From assembly GCF_001194135.2 (NCBI RefSeq), contig NC_068991.1:22542158-22606157 (forward strand): a stretch of 64,000 nt of DNA. Direction: 5' to 3'. The DNA is from Octopus bimaculoides (taxonomy: Eukaryota). Numbering within the stretch: position 1 is the stretch's first letter; the number at the start of each line of letters is the position of its first letter. The position numbers and the translations under genes were made by a program. Below the pieces are notes generated by a model. The model had not been told where the DNA came from and made no database searches. It worked only from the letters and a program-made list of their open reading frames with translations. Of the stretch, positions 48,948-63,174 are shown one piece after another.

Positions 48948-51900
48948 ATTTTTTTTTATTCTTGTGCATAATATGCATGCATACAGACAGACTGACAGCT
49001 GAATCTCAGTTGTAGGTGTTTCTCTTCACTTAAGGTGTTAATAATGACCTTGAGAAAGGTGTGAACATTGCAGTTCTCTTCCCCACCTTCTACCTTGACA
49101 TCAATTGGTTGAATATTTCTGACATCTTTGATGGATATCTCTGATTACCAAATGTCAAACAGTTGACTATTACATAACTTAAATTTCAAAAACAAAAACA
49201 AAAAAAAATGGATTGCAGTTTAGTCAGGAGGTAACACTATTTGTGCTAATGACTTTCACATGCCATGTGGGCTTGCTATAATCAACCTAGTTTCTGTTCA
49301 GCTTAAATATCTGTAAGTTGATGTTGGTGGGGAGGGGAAAAAATCAGGTAGGTTGGCATTTTGAAGAGAAAGGGTTGACCAGATTGGTTAGTGCAAAATA
49401 TTTATCTTTTTTTCCTCTCTCAGAATCAAGAAAGCAAGCTACAATCATTATACTGGTGTCAATCCAGTCATTATACTGGGTTCCACACAATTATACTGAG
49501 GTCAACCCAAGTGTTCTGTAGAGGCCATCTCTTGATATACTCCCTTCCTTGGGTCCTCAACTCATAACAGAACTGCAAGGGCATTTTAAACCTGACGGAA
49601 TCCATCTCTCTCCAGGACTGAACACAGTCAATATTTTTCAGAAAGTGAGGCAGACAGGCAGCTCTATTATACTGGGGAAAATCCAGTTGACTATTAACCT
49701 TTTTCTTACAGAAGTTTACCTCTTCCACTGAGGTAAAAGAGTTTATATATATAACAGGAAGTTGGAAAATTTGGGGATATCATTTGTTCACCATTACACA
49801 TTTCATTTGCTAATAAGAATTACAGAATTTTACGTGTTATCAATACAACAATGACAGCAGCTACATGCTGATTTGTAATAAAGGAATCAGCAGGTATGCT
49901 TTGACAGAAAACAGCTGGGATTTTACTCTAACTACTAACATTATATATATATATATTATGTATATAGTGCAGTTACTTCAACATGGCTATTGAAATAACT
50001 TCACTACATCTGCATATAAGCTCCAACATAGTACTACTACCACCATGTTGACATGATTGTGCTCTTCATACCAACATGGTTCAACACGGTACTTTAACCC
50101 AACCATAGTTATGCTCCTCTTCTGTTGCAACATGATGCTGCCTACTCCAGTTTCTTGGTTTGGTTTTGTGTGTGAAGATTTACTGTTGCAGCTTTAGTGA
50201 TGCCTGACCAGTCCAATTCAGGCTTGGCAGGCATGACTGCGAAAACAATATAGAAAGGTGAGCAGGTCAGAGCTGGTTATAGTGCCCTGGCAGCTCCCTT
50301 TTTTCTTGTCTGCAAAGATGATTCTTACTCAAGTTTACTTCATACTTAATTTACAACATTTGAAATAAAATGGTTGTCATAGAGTGTATTGTATACAACA
50401 TCATACTTTCTCTTATATTCTTTCTTTGATAATTTACTGCATTCACTTTATCAAATGTGCTATATTTCCACCAATCTTTGTCAGACACATTCATCATTGG
50501 TGAGGTTGTTTTTTTTGTTTTTCTTTTTATCGATATGGGGTTTCATATAGTTTGTTCTCATAGCTTGTTCTAGTCCTGTAATGATCAGTATTTTAGTCCT
50601 GAGTTTTAAGTATGAATATTTTCCTTGACAATTATTTATCCACATCCATATGTCACACCCTTCCGTGTCTCTAAAACAAGGCTATGGGAGAGGGAACTTA
50701 TATATATTTACTCTACCCATTCACAAACGTGTTTGTCTTGCACTAGTCATAGTCAATAATAGTGATGAGTATATGTCAACTGACATACTTTTCAGTCTTA
50801 ATTAGTACTTATACAATAAGTGGTCGTTCAGCCTGCTAGAAATAGCAACCATCTTAGAAAAGGACACATTGAATAATGTGTTCCAAGCAAACAAAAAACA
50901 TGGTCATCACTGGAATGTCTTTCATCATGGGCCTATTTAATCAGCGTTAATTTGGCTAAATGTAAAACAGTACCGATAAAAAAATAATTAAATATACAAA
51001 TAATCATTTTGGATCTTGCTGTGTACAGAGGGCAAATAACAAAAATTTTTTTATCAGTTGACAGATATAAGTACTAATCAGCAAATAATTTGTTCACTGA
51101 AAGTATAAACAAAATCATTAATGGTTTTGTTTCGGTTCAAAGGTCCAGGTGCTTCTGGTTGATGAGAGACACCACATCAAAACACCGATGTCCTAGAGTC
51201 TTGTGTGCTAATGTGCCAAGTGAGTTGAACACCCAGTCATTGTAAAACGGAGAAGTTATTCTCCTATGGTGTACCTTACGGCAGCCAGCATATTTTGCAT
51301 CCGAACCTGCCTGGATGTATTAAGAATAAATATGCAAATAATCCTTAATATCTATGAAATAACTGTCAATATATTTTCTTTATTTTCAAGGTATCCCTTA
51401 AATTTTCATTGAGCCATGCATTCTAATCTCTTTCAACAGCAGTTCTATAACATGCTACACTTTTATTTTCACTCTGTAAACCTTCATCGCAATTAACAAA
51501 CTAATCACCTCTTCCCTTATTTTTATAAGGCATAAGTTCTATTAACATAAATTGTTAGCTGTAATGTTCTATATATGATCATTGCTCTTTGAATTTTTAC
51601 AATGAGTGTATTATTTATTATTATTAATCAACTAGTCCCCTCTCCCCAAATTTCAGGCTTTGTTCCTTTAGTAGAAAGGATTATTATTATTATATAAGAA
51701 AAAAACAAAGTAAAAATGTTGGCCCATGTATTACTGGCTAGACTCCGCCCCCCCAACCCGATTTCCATGCTTATTCTAACCTTCTGAAGTACATAACTTT
51801 TGTTTTAAAAGTTCTTTTTGTTTGGCTTTATTTACCACTTTCTCCACATGTTTTACGACTTCCTTAGCTAGTAATTGTATCCAATTATCTTTTCTGCTTG

Positions 51901-52465
51901 TCTTTCTTCTTCTCCTGTACATTTTAATCCCAAATTCTATTCACAGTATCTTTGTTAGATCTATCTACTGTTTATTACCAAAAAGTCTATTTTATCTTCA
52001 TTCTATGCATACAGTTTCAAGTTGTCTATAAATATGTGATTTACATCATACTACCTATCTTTAATATACTCATCCCTTGCCCATCCTCAGCAGTAGTGTT
52101 AAAGCTGGTATGCATATCACCAAAAAAGGTAATGGGGTGGGGGTTGCTATCACTAAGCATTTATTACCTTATTGATCTTCATACTTCCTCTTTATCAGAA
52201 TAGCATAATTCTGTCTTCACTTACCCAAAATCTTTACATTCAATTCTCCTACATTCTTTCATTTTTGTTTGTATTCCATTATCAAGGGAATATTGACATA
52301 GCTATTTTTATAATTGATCAATAGTGTTGTGATATATATAATTCATTTTCTGCAATCATGTATTATTAATTTATTAGTAATTGGTCATCTTTTTTTATAT
52401 CCTTTCTGCTCTAGTAACAATATATTTTCCATATCTAAATATCAACGCACACGCATGCGCACACG

Positions 52466-52514
<49 letters not shown>

Positions 52515-54814
52515 ATGCAGAGTAACCTGTCTGTCACACTAGGGGGAAAGAAAGTTTTGCTCCAGAGACGTTGNNNNNNNNNNAGGGGGAAAGAAAGTTT
52601 TGCTCCAGAGACGTTGATATTACAATCAAAATAAAACTGCAAATTTTTATTGTAAATTGTATTTACTTTATCAGTTTCTCTCACACACACACACATATAT
52701 ATCAAGTTAAATATTAAACACTTTTGTTTTCAAAATGTCATTCACAAAATGGATATATAAATGTTATGTGAATGATAATATATGATGATGATGATTTTAT
52801 ATATATATATATATATATATACATATCGTTTAACGTCCGCTTTCCATGCTAGCATATATATATAAACACACGCACACACACACACACACGCACACACACA
52901 CACACACACACACANNNNNNNNNNNNNNNNNNNNNNNNNNNNNNNNNNNNNNNNNNNNNNNNNNNNNNNNNNNNNNCACACAGGATGCAATGAGTAAATT
53001 GTCACCATTATATATTTTTAATTTCACGCATGCGCATTGTTTGTTTTGGATTTTGTCAACTACGCTGTATAGCAGGGTCAGTCGGGCACTGTCATGAGTT
53101 GCATGACTTTACAGAATCCAATAGGTCTAAGGACTGCATCATGCTTTCATGTTGTTTGCTTTGGTATGATTTCTCCAGCTGGATGCCTTTCCTGATGCCA
53201 ACCACTTTACAATGACACCAGCCCTAATGAGATTACCGTGCAGCTTCCAAGAGTAAGATCCTCTTTGACTGAGTGGGGCTACAGTAGGGAGGGAAGCAGC
53301 TTTGTGCAAGGAGATGAAGGATTAAAGTCTGAGAGAAGGGGCCAGAGCAGAACATTCTTCTTGCTGTAGAGGAGCTTCATGGCTACTCAAATAATAGGAA
53401 ATAGGTCATTCTGGTAACTCTTTGATAATCAGCCTTCTCAATTAGGACTGATCTCAGACTAAACAACCAACTTAAACACTTGTTCTGCTTTCTGCAATAA
53501 CATATTTGCTTTGTGGCTTTTGGTTTGTCTGATATCTTGTTCCAATGGGTTTACATTTCTCCACTGTTAGGTATGATATACCATTTTTACAAGTTTTGGT
53601 TTCTCTGGATAGAAATCACATCTTTATGTTGTATACATGAATCTGATCTATATAACTATCTTTTGTCAGAATCTTCTAAATTTGTTTCTTTGAACCATGC
53701 ATCTCTGTTTAAGTTTCCTGTTACCAGTGGGAATACTTACATTTTCTTTGCTGGATTACTTTTCCAGTATCAAATATTTTGGTGCATTTTACAACTCTCT
53801 ATTATTTTCTTTCTCATCTAGTAAATGAGCCTAGACAGTATTTTTTTATGTCTTTTTATCCATATTATCCAGCATGACCCCAATATTTTTTCTCTTTTTT
53901 CATTTTTTTTCTTCCTTTCCTATTTTAATTCCTAGTGTCTTTCCTAAATAAATTTTAGCAGTATTTAATTCACCTCATTGTTTGTGTTACATTACTAGTC
54001 TTATTCTATTAGCCTCATTATTATATTTGACCTTCTGCTTTCAACTGTTATTTCAAGATCTTAATTCTCTGCTTTTTTGTTGTTGATAATTACATCACAC
54101 TATTCTCGTCACTATTTAGAATTTCTCGATAATCAATTCATCCATTTTTACAAACTGGTTCCTTGAATATATTTTCTATGTCTTTCCTGCCATTAAAGTG
54201 CGTTTTTTTTTCTTCTTTATTTACAATATTATTCTGCTATGGTGTATGTAACACTATAACTATGGAACAAAATCAGGGACATAATCTATTATAAACACAG
54301 TGTTAAACTACAAAACAAATTTAAAGACATACTGTATTAAAATTAATGATTTACACACACACACTCTGACTTATTTTCTGTTTAGAATTTTAGAATTCAC
54401 TGCTCAGTTGGGCAGCTACTAGAATTTGTTCACTGGGACTTTGGGTTCACTGGAACTATGCACTTTTCCTTGATATCAAAATGATGATGTTGTAGTACAG
54501 TGTATTTAAGATTTGTTAAAGCTTTACCAATATAGTCAGACCATAGCTGAACATTATTATAGGTAGATTTCTTTCCATAGGTACGATTATTAATTGCCTT
54601 ATATAACAATATAAAATAATAGATAACAACTCTGAAGGTAAAAGAGACAAGTGTATAACAAAGATTATAGTTTCCAAAGGTATTCTATCCTAAGGCGACA
54701 CTTTCACTTCAACATATGAGATGCACTCAAAAAGCATCTGACTTATTTTTTACCTGCCAAAACTAGTGCCACATGGGCAAAATCCTTAAAAACTTAAAAT
54801 AAATACTAGTGATC

Positions 54815-55110
54815 ATCATCATCATCATCATCATCATCATCGTTTAACGTCCGCTTTCCATGCTAGCATGGGTTGGACGGTTTGACTGAGGACTGGTGAA
54901 ACCGGATGGCTACACCAGGCTCCAATCTGATTTGGCAGAGTTTCTACAGCTGGATGCCCTTCCTAATGCCAACCACTCTGAGAGTGTAGTGGGTGCTTTT
55001 ACGTGTCACCCGCATGAGGCCAGTCAGGCAGTACTGGCAACGGCCACGCTCAAATGGTGTATTTTATGTGCCACCCGCACAAGAGCCAGTCCAGGGGCAC
55101 TGGCAACGAT
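54815..55110 (-). mobile_element. 5'-truncated RTE 3'UTR
   Basis: (cat)n + cgtttaacgtccgctttccatgctagcatggg..., nearly identical to 20561-20758 and 63824-64000. Confidence 0.9.
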
Positions 55111-55768
55111 GAGGAAATAAAAATGAAAATCATTGTAGAAGGTTGTGGAAAGACTCTTCAATAAATATCTTGTGTGAAAGATGAACTTTGCTCTGTCTCT
55201 TTATAGTGTAGTTAAGGCTGAAAGTCTGAAACCATTTTAATGTATTTGCCATGTGTTGAATATCAGTGTGTGTTATGATCAATTTCAGTTCATGCTATTT
55301 TCAAAATTTCCATGGAAAGTATTATAAAAGTAGGAGCTTATAATTTGACTTTGATTTTGAACTGTAACCAACCAATCAATTCTAGTGGGTATCATAGCCC
55401 TTTGAAGTCAGTAGTTAGCTACTGGTGTATATATATATAACTGAAGCATCTTGAGTGGTCAAGCATTAAGTATTGTACTTCTGTGGGCAATAAATATATA
55501 CTTTAGCCAGTTTGACATTGCTCCCTTTATTTTTATTGTATAAAGCTGAAACTGCAATAAAATGAAAACCTAGAGAGAAATTAACTGATTTTTTATTAAT
55601 GTACAATTGAATTAAAGTAGCATTCTTTACGACTGTTGATTTATTTTTAAAAAATGCTTTTCCACATATTTTGTGCTGTTACTGAATTATAACCTAATGG
55701 TTAAGATGGAAACTTTACATTAGAAATAAAGGTTCTGAATTTAAATTCAGTTGTGTGTACACATAGTG

Positions 55769-55821
<53 letters not shown>

Positions 55822-55826
55822 TTCTA

Positions 55827-55967
55827 TTAAAGCTTCAAAATTATCACAAAATCTGTTACTCAGTTTCACACTCATATGTGTCGGACAGTTGTGATGGAAA
55901 CTGGCTGACAAACAGGAACTTGAAACTCTGAGTAACAGATTTTGTAATAATTTTGAAACTTTATTAA
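55827..55967. mobile_element. Fold-back (palindromic) MITE next to (TA)n
   Basis: Arms ttaaagcttcaaaattatcacaaaatctgttactcagtttca / tgaaactctgagtaacagattttgtaataattttgaaactttattaa, about 42-47 bp, with a spacer of about 52 bp. Confidence 0.7.
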
Positions 55968-56038
55968 AAGCATTTTACTCTGTTTGGTATTCAATTACTA
56001 CTTTTCCCACCTTGTTTTGTACTTATGTGTTCACCTGT

Positions 56039-56094
<56 letters not shown>

Positions 56095-56494
56095 ATTTTG
56101 GAAATTTAGATGTCCTTCCATTATTAACCAACAAAACAAAGATTAGAAATTTATTTCAAAGGCTGATCGTTATGCTAACGACATTGGCAGTTAAATGGAC
56201 TTGGAAGAATTTTTGTTCAAACTTGTAGTAATAACAAAAATTTGAAAAACTTAATGAATTTTAAAGAAAATTATTCAAAATTAATTAATTATCTTTCAAT
56301 AATTATGATGATTATTTTGATAATAAATTTGATGAGTTCAATTAACTCCAGTAGTTACATGATTGATAGATATTTTTATATTGACCCTGCAAGGACACCT
56401 TTGAGATATGAACATCAAACTTGAATACTAAATGGTATTTAGCTTAATTGTCTTACTGTTTATGCTACTCATAATAATAATAATAATAATAATA

Positions 56495-57185
56495 ATGGTT
56501 TAAAATTTTGGTACAAGGCCAGCAATTTGGTGGGAAGGGGTAGGTCGATTATATTGACCTCAGTACTCAACTGATACTTATTTTATCAACCCCAAAAGGA
56601 TGAAAGGCTAAGTCAACCTTGGTGCAATTTGAACTCAGAACATAAGGACAAAATTCCACCAAGCATTTTGTCCCACATGCTAACAACTCTACCAGCTTTC
56701 CTGCCTTCGTCCTTAATATTATTATTAATAATTTTTTCTACTATAGGCACAAAGCCTGAAATTATGGAGAAGGGGACAAGTTAATTACATCGATCCCAGT
56801 GTTTTGCTGGTACTTAATTTATCAACCCCCGAAAGGATGAAAGGTGGAATTTGAACACGCAGTGTAAACTCAGACAAATCGCTGCTCAGCATTTTGCCTG
56901 GCTTGCTACCGACTCTGCCAGCTCACATCCTTAATCATAATAATAATAATAATCGCAATTATAATAACAATAATAATGGTTTCAGATTTTGGCACAAGGC
57001 CAGCATTTTCAGGGGAGGGGTTTAGTTGATTACATTGACCCCAGTGCTCAAGTAGTACTTACTTTATCGACCCCAAAACGAAGAAAGGCAAAGTTAATGT
57101 TGGTGGAGTTTGAACTCAGAATGTAAAGACACATTGTTAAGCATTTTACTCAGTGTGCTAACATTTCTGTCAGCTCACCACTTTC
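56495..57185 (-). mobile_element. Stack of three SINE copies (same family as 42440-43520) in reverse orientation
   Basis: Three modules tttgaactc.../ctctgccagct separated by (aat)n. Confidence 0.85.
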
Positions 57186-57399
57186 AACCTTCTTAATGAT
57201 GATGATGATGATGATGATGATGATAATAATAATCGCAATAATAATTATTGTTGTTGTATATCTATATATGTACATAAAACACATATGGAAACAACCATGC
57301 ACTCATGCATACCCAATAAAACATAGATGCTCACATGCAGACATAGAAACGTTTATACTTTATAACTACACTGTTACCATTAATACAGACACCATCACA

Positions 57400-58600
57400 C
57401 TACACATCCTCATCACCACCACCACACCTCATAGCTATTGTTCATTCAGGAAGAAAGACAACAGTTGGTGAGAAAGGATGTCTGAACTGTGAAGCTGATG
57501 ATAATGGCTTAGGGCAGCTAGTAATGTGGTAGTTATGTATGTAACAGCTGGCTGGCTTAGTAGCACTGATGATGATGGTGCTGCTGCTGCTGCTATGGTT
57601 GAGTTCATTGGTTGTTGTTGTTGTTGGTGGTGGTGGTGGTGGTTGTACTGTGGTGAAGTTAGTGTATTGGTTGTAGCATTGATGTTGGTGTTGTAACATG
57701 GTAGGGTGTTACTGTAGTAGCGGTTTTGTAATGATGTTCACTATAGTTGGGTATGTTAGCTGTGACATCGATAATGGTGATGTCGATTAGCTCCAGGTCA
57801 GCCCTACACACAAGAAACCATGCCATTCTTGAGCATCTCGTCTTTTTCCTCCTATGTCCAAGGAACCTCAGCTCACATTATTCAGTGAGTCCTTTTGTCA
57901 ACCATTTGGCTGTGACCTAAGAGAAACATCGCTACTATTTCTAGCACGTCAAGTGACCATCTACGGGTTTTGTTGTTGGTTGATGCTATGGTGTTATAAT
58001 GCAGTGGGAGAGTCACTGAAGCAGGGGCAGTGATTGTGGTCCTGGGTTTGGGGTTGTTAGCTGATTGTGGTGATGATGATGGTGTTGTGTTTGGTGATGT
58101 GGTGTGTTATTGCTGTTATTGTTGCCCTTTGGTTGGTATTATGCTGATTGTGTAAATGGTGGTCTGGTGGTTGGAGTAGTTTACTACTTATGGTGGTGTT
58201 GTGATGTGTTGTTATTGTGTTATTGCAGTGATGGTGGCCCTGCAGTTGGGACAGTGAGCTGGTTATGGGGATGGTGGTAGTGTTGTGTTGATGTGGAGTG
58301 TTATAGTGGTCTGGGGTTTGAAGTAATATGTTGGTTGCAGTGGTGATGGTGATGGTGTTGCATGTTGATGTGGACTGTTATTGAGGCAATGGTGGGCTGG
58401 AAATGTTATTGTTAAAAAAATAGACAGGACCATAGTAGTTGTAATACAACGATGGTTGTGTGGTGGTTGGTATCTTATTATAGAAGTGAAGAGGATAATA
58501 CTGGTACTGTGGTTAGTGTAGTGCATTGTTTATGGTAATACTGGTGTTACTGTGATGTCATAGGGTGAATGTGTTACAGTAGTAATGGTGATGTGGTGGT
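57400..58600. repeat. Degenerate GT-rich low-complexity tract (tgg/tga/tgt triplets)
   Basis: Strong G+T strand skew, cryptic trinucleotide periodicity, no conserved ORF. Confidence 0.75.
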
Positions 58601-58729
58601 ATGAAAATTATGGCGAGGGTAGTGGTGAGTGGGCTGTTGTACTTTTATTGTGTTCCTGTAATCTCTCCATTCTTCCTTGCTGCCTGTCCTGACAATGGCA
58701 TTGTCAAACCATTTAGGGAGCCTCTAGAT

Positions 58730-59510
58730 CAGAAGTTCTCAATGCTGGCAGTACTCCCCACAAGGGGGCACTGGGCATGTTGAAGGGACTTTAGGGTGTG
58801 ATGAGGTACCATAATGAACATGCTAAATTTTACCTTATGCAGCTGAGGACTGCTCTGCATTTAAATTGATGTAATGATTGCATTGTTCAATTAAATGGAG
58901 TTGCTTGAAACGATCGTACTGCATTACCTCTGGATATCCTTGTTGCTTATTTTGATTTTAATCATCTTATTTTGAAATTGTATGGTAGTAACTTAGATAA
59001 CTTAAATATGTTTTAGCCAAAGATTGGCCTGAGTTATGTCTAACTTAATAGCACCACTTGACAGGATCAGTAAAGTTATTTTTAAGTTTTGTGGTATCAT
59101 GCCCCATTCAAGTAGGGAGTTGTTGTTGACTGAGATGTATCCAAGTATAGGTGGCTTGTCTGATATCCCTTGAAAAACTTTCTCCAGGTCTTGTTTGAAG
59201 GTGTTGGGATCTTTATCTTCTTTGATTTCCTTTAATTATATTGTACATGATAAAACTAGTAACGATTATTAAAGTGAAATGAGATCTCTTCTAGCTCAGG
59301 GAAGTCATTAACTTGAAATGTATTGAGTAAATTTACAACATTTTATCATTTCACTGTTAAAAGTTTATACAATCCAATTTTAGAGTAAAATTTATAAATT
59401 ATCTTCCATGTTAAATTAGTTTGGTTGTGATACCTCACTTGCCACTTAGGTAGGTGTTAGACATAACTACTTAAAAGGTAGGGTGCTATAAAAAAGGTTA
59501 AGAACCATTG
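58730..59510. mobile_element. hAT/Charlie non-autonomous element with a perfect 8-bp TSD
   Basis: TSD ctctagat at 58722-58729 and 59511-59518 (NTCTAGAN-type target). TIR cagaagttctcaa / ggttaagaaccattg. Confidence 0.85.
59045..59236 (-). mobile_element. 3' fragment of a CR1/L2-like LINE ORF2 nested in the hAT element
   Basis: Minus frame LKEIKEDKDPNTFKQDLEKVFQGISDKPPILGYISVNNNSLLEW resembles the FKxxLDKFL..IPDxP..GY..NSL tail of CR1-type ORF2. Confidence 0.5.
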
Positions 59511-61973
59511 CTCTAGATGGTCACTTGACCTGCTTGAAATAGAAACCAAATCACCCTCAAATCATACCTTTCCATTAAAAAAAAAAAAAATGGACGTTGT
59601 ATAATGTCAACCTGGGTTTCCTGTACATAAGAACAAGATGCGATGGTCATAGCTGGAATGCTTTTGATTATAGGAACTACCTGATCAGAACTGAGTTGGG
59701 ACTAGACAATAACAATGGTAGTTGCAAGGATTGGAGGAAGATTGGCTAGCCAGCTAGCCATGCTTCACTGCCTTTCTTTATCACCACCACCACTACTGTC
59801 ATTACTGCATTTGCAGCGGTAGGGCAGGGGGAAAGCTATTTGGTAAGCAGCATCAGATATCTCTATTTCTGTTGGCAGTTTTCCTTCTGAAGCATTGCTC
59901 TTTGGTAGAATTCTGCTTGGCAGCACATCAAAGACAAGTGTGTATGTGTGTGTGGCGGGGGTTAACTTATCGATCTCCCACTCTCCCTTTCTCTTTTTGC
60001 ATATGTTTTCTTTTTTTTTATTATTATTATTATCATTATTATTCTTTCTGCATCAACGTTGAGTAATGCATGCTTGTGTATGTTTGTGAGTTTATGCGCA
60101 AGTGTATCTGTGTGCTTTAAGTAGTATAATGTCTGGACAAAGCCTGCTATGACACTATCCGAGTGTACTTGTGGTAATGATAATGGAATGGTTTTTGTTT
60201 AGTTTTTTTTCTCCCTTCTTTTGACATTCTTATGGTAGGCATGAAGTCTTTAAGACATTAAAAGGGAGTGGGTATGATGTGGGAAGAGTGGTAATGGTGA
60301 GAATTATGGTTTTATAGCTTTTCTACAAAGTGATTTTGAAATGCTGATTTCAGACATAACATTGTCAGTTAACATTCATTTCTGCTTAAATAAATAAATA
60401 AATAAACATATATATATATATATATAGAGATATATAGATATATATGATAGATAGGTAGGTAGGTAGATAGATAGATAGATAGATAGATTTTTTGTATCTG
60501 GGCAACTTGGGTTAAAGAAATACCATCAGGTATTTTTGTTTGAATGACCAGTTTATCAGATTTCTTACCAATGTGTATATCTCATTGATAAAAAAACACA
60601 ATCACAGCAGGCTTCCTCACTATTTCCATCTACCAAATTTCAATGGTAAGATCTTGTTTAACCCAAGGTTAAAAATGGTTAGTAGAGGAGAACCCTTGTT
60701 AAAGGTGTTAAGCAGCAATATTGAACTTGGGACCACATGGCTACAAAACAAACTTTTTAACCACACAGCTTTGCCTGTGCAAATTCAGTTTGAATTACTA
60801 CTGGTTGTCATTGTTTGTCCAGATCAGCCGTGTTTGAGGATAAATGATCAAAGTTACTCCAACAAAGGCCATCCCTTCTCTCTGTTTGTCTTTCAACCAT
60901 AATATTTCCAAGTCTACATTATTCCATATATCCTTATTTTGTTGTGGTGATTGTTGTCTACATCCAAGTCAACCTTGATTGAGAAGACATGTGATCAAAG
61001 GCATTCCAGTTGTGACATTCCTACTTATTTCTATGTAGTTATCTAAGGTGGTAGTGTATGATTTAAAGGCAATTTTGCTGTTGTGTCTAATCAGTCATGC
61101 TATTACACAAATGCTCCTCTGACTGAAGGAAATCTGCAAAGGGATGCAGTTCTGCCGTAAGGAGCAGAAGAATAAAAATTTTTGTTTAGTATAATATCAT
61201 GGCAATGAGAGAAAGAGGAAAAACGGTTATGGACCTCAGACGTCATTGAAGTAGTAGTAGTAGTAGTGGTGGTGGTGGTGGTGATGAAATGTTGAGCAGG
61301 ACATAGCTCAACATTTGGCTCTTTGGTTAGCAAAAACAGACTCTTCGGCTTGCAAAAACCAAAAGGATATTGTAAACATCAATTAAACACAACATGAAAA
61401 AGAAGTTTGTTGGGATGACTCAACTCTCAAAAGCTAAGGCTTATAAACAGGTACCATAGGGTTAAGAATAAATCATTGCTGTAACCTGTTACAGTGTACT
61501 CCCATACAGATCTCCAGTGTAAATTAGAGGTATTCTTGAGCGACAGATGTATGGATTATGCCTATCCTTTCAGCCAACTACCTACATATCAAAGGTCTAT
61601 TTGATTGGAACTGACCTGGAGCTAAATTGCAATAACTCATTGTTGTAAGTAAGCAGCAGCAGGGTAAAATTGAGAAATGTCTTTTGTTAGCTTGTAGGGC
61701 TGTTCATCTCCTATTGTGGCCATAGACAGCAAGTTAGAAGTCAACAGAGATGATAACTATTTTCACAGGCACCTGTGATTGCGGAAAGTAATGGACAAAT
61801 TGACTGAAGACTGGAGGGAGTATTATGTGTTGTGCTCTACTTGAGTGGATGTTGGTCAGTTTATCTATGTACTGTTGTAGATATGTTAGTTTTAAGCTGT
61901 ATAAGTTTATTATTGTCTCTTTTTTTAAGGGAACCTATTTATTTATTGTCATTTGTTTTTTTTTTACTTGTAG

Positions 61974-62149
61974 ACCGTTCTCCTGATATTGACAATGATT
62001 CTGATGATGATGAAGCTCAAGAATTCAATGACCAGGAGAGCTCTTCTAATGATGAACTTAGTGACAGTGAGGGCATGATGCTGGTTGAAGAAGGTCGGCC
62101 GCGACCTCGCAAGACTAGCCGGGGGCAGATACGTCCTGTCACATCCAGA
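61974..62149 (+). CDS. PACS: PACS-family coding exon with the autoregulatory acidic cluster
   Basis: Acceptor ttttttttacttgtag|AC (phase 1, G|AC = Asp) and donor AGA|gtaagt. Encodes (D)RSPDIDNDSDDDEAQEFNDQESSSNDELSDSEGMMLVEEGRPRPRKTSRGQIRPVTSR; human PACS1 has DRSPDIDNYSEEEEESF...TSAITR. Confidence 0.93.
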
Positions 62150-62379
62150 GTAAGTTGTACTTTGCTATTTTGTTTTTTTAAGTCTCTTTCCACGAACACA
62201 TTACTACCACCATCAACATCACTACCACCATAGTGTGACAACGTGTAATCTACCTACATGTCTTTAATCTAAAGTCTTTCTGCTTGATAATCTAAGGTTT
62301 CTATTTGATCTCAGTTATTTTTGTTGTAATAATAATAACAGCAATAACAATAATAATAGTTGTTGTTGTTGGGGGCAGT

Positions 62380-63134
62380 AGATTGTTGGACTAAATGCCT
62401 TCTTCTATGTTCCTCAAATTCAAATTCAACAGGGGTTGTTGACTTTACCTTCATTTCCTACAATGACCAAGAAGATTAATACCAGGGACATTTTGGGATC
62501 AGTTGACACTATCCCTTCTTTATAAATTTATGCCATGTGTCAATGTGAGAAATAAGTATGTGTGTTGTTGTTGTGTAACTCCAAATTTGCCATTATTGAA
62601 CAGCTTATGATGTTGTAATTGTTGGTGTTGCTGTTTAAGACAGTAGATTGAGAGAATCATTAGGGTTGGGCAAAATTCCATTAGTATTTGTTCCAATTCT
62701 TTACATTCCGAGTTCAATTCCCACCAAGGTTAACTTTTGTCTTCTATCTTTTCGAGATTGATAAAATCGAAATACCAGTCGTGTACTTGATTTGATTTCC
62801 CCTTAAATTTCTGGCCTTGTAACTCTGTTAGAAATAATTTTGTCGTTGTTTAGTTCCAGGTTGGTCCTAATTGAGTTAGACCTACAATCAGAGGTGTTCC
62901 ATGTGTGACTATCTCAACCTGAAATACTTTGTACAAATTCTTTCTTTCTCTTTTTTTGTTTATTTTGTTTTCAAAAAATGGTAGGATTTGAGGGAGATTT
63001 CTAGCAAGCTAATCAACCATATACAAGCTGTCTTATTGGCTTATGCTGTTTTTGTTAAAACTAAAGTACCAGTCATGTACTGGGGTGGATGTAATCAACT
63101 TGCCCTTCCCCTCAAAAAATTGCTGGCCTTGTGC

Positions 63135-63174
<40 letters not shown>

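Noticed and set aside
52541-52616. 33-bp direct repeat on both sides of a 10-N gap (similar at about 2090-2260)
   Set aside because: Typical unmerged contig overlap; an assembly artefact.
57400-58600. Thr/His/Pro-rich minus-strand ORFs (mucin-like)
   Set aside because: Short, interrupted in all frames, and explained by degenerate triplet repeats.
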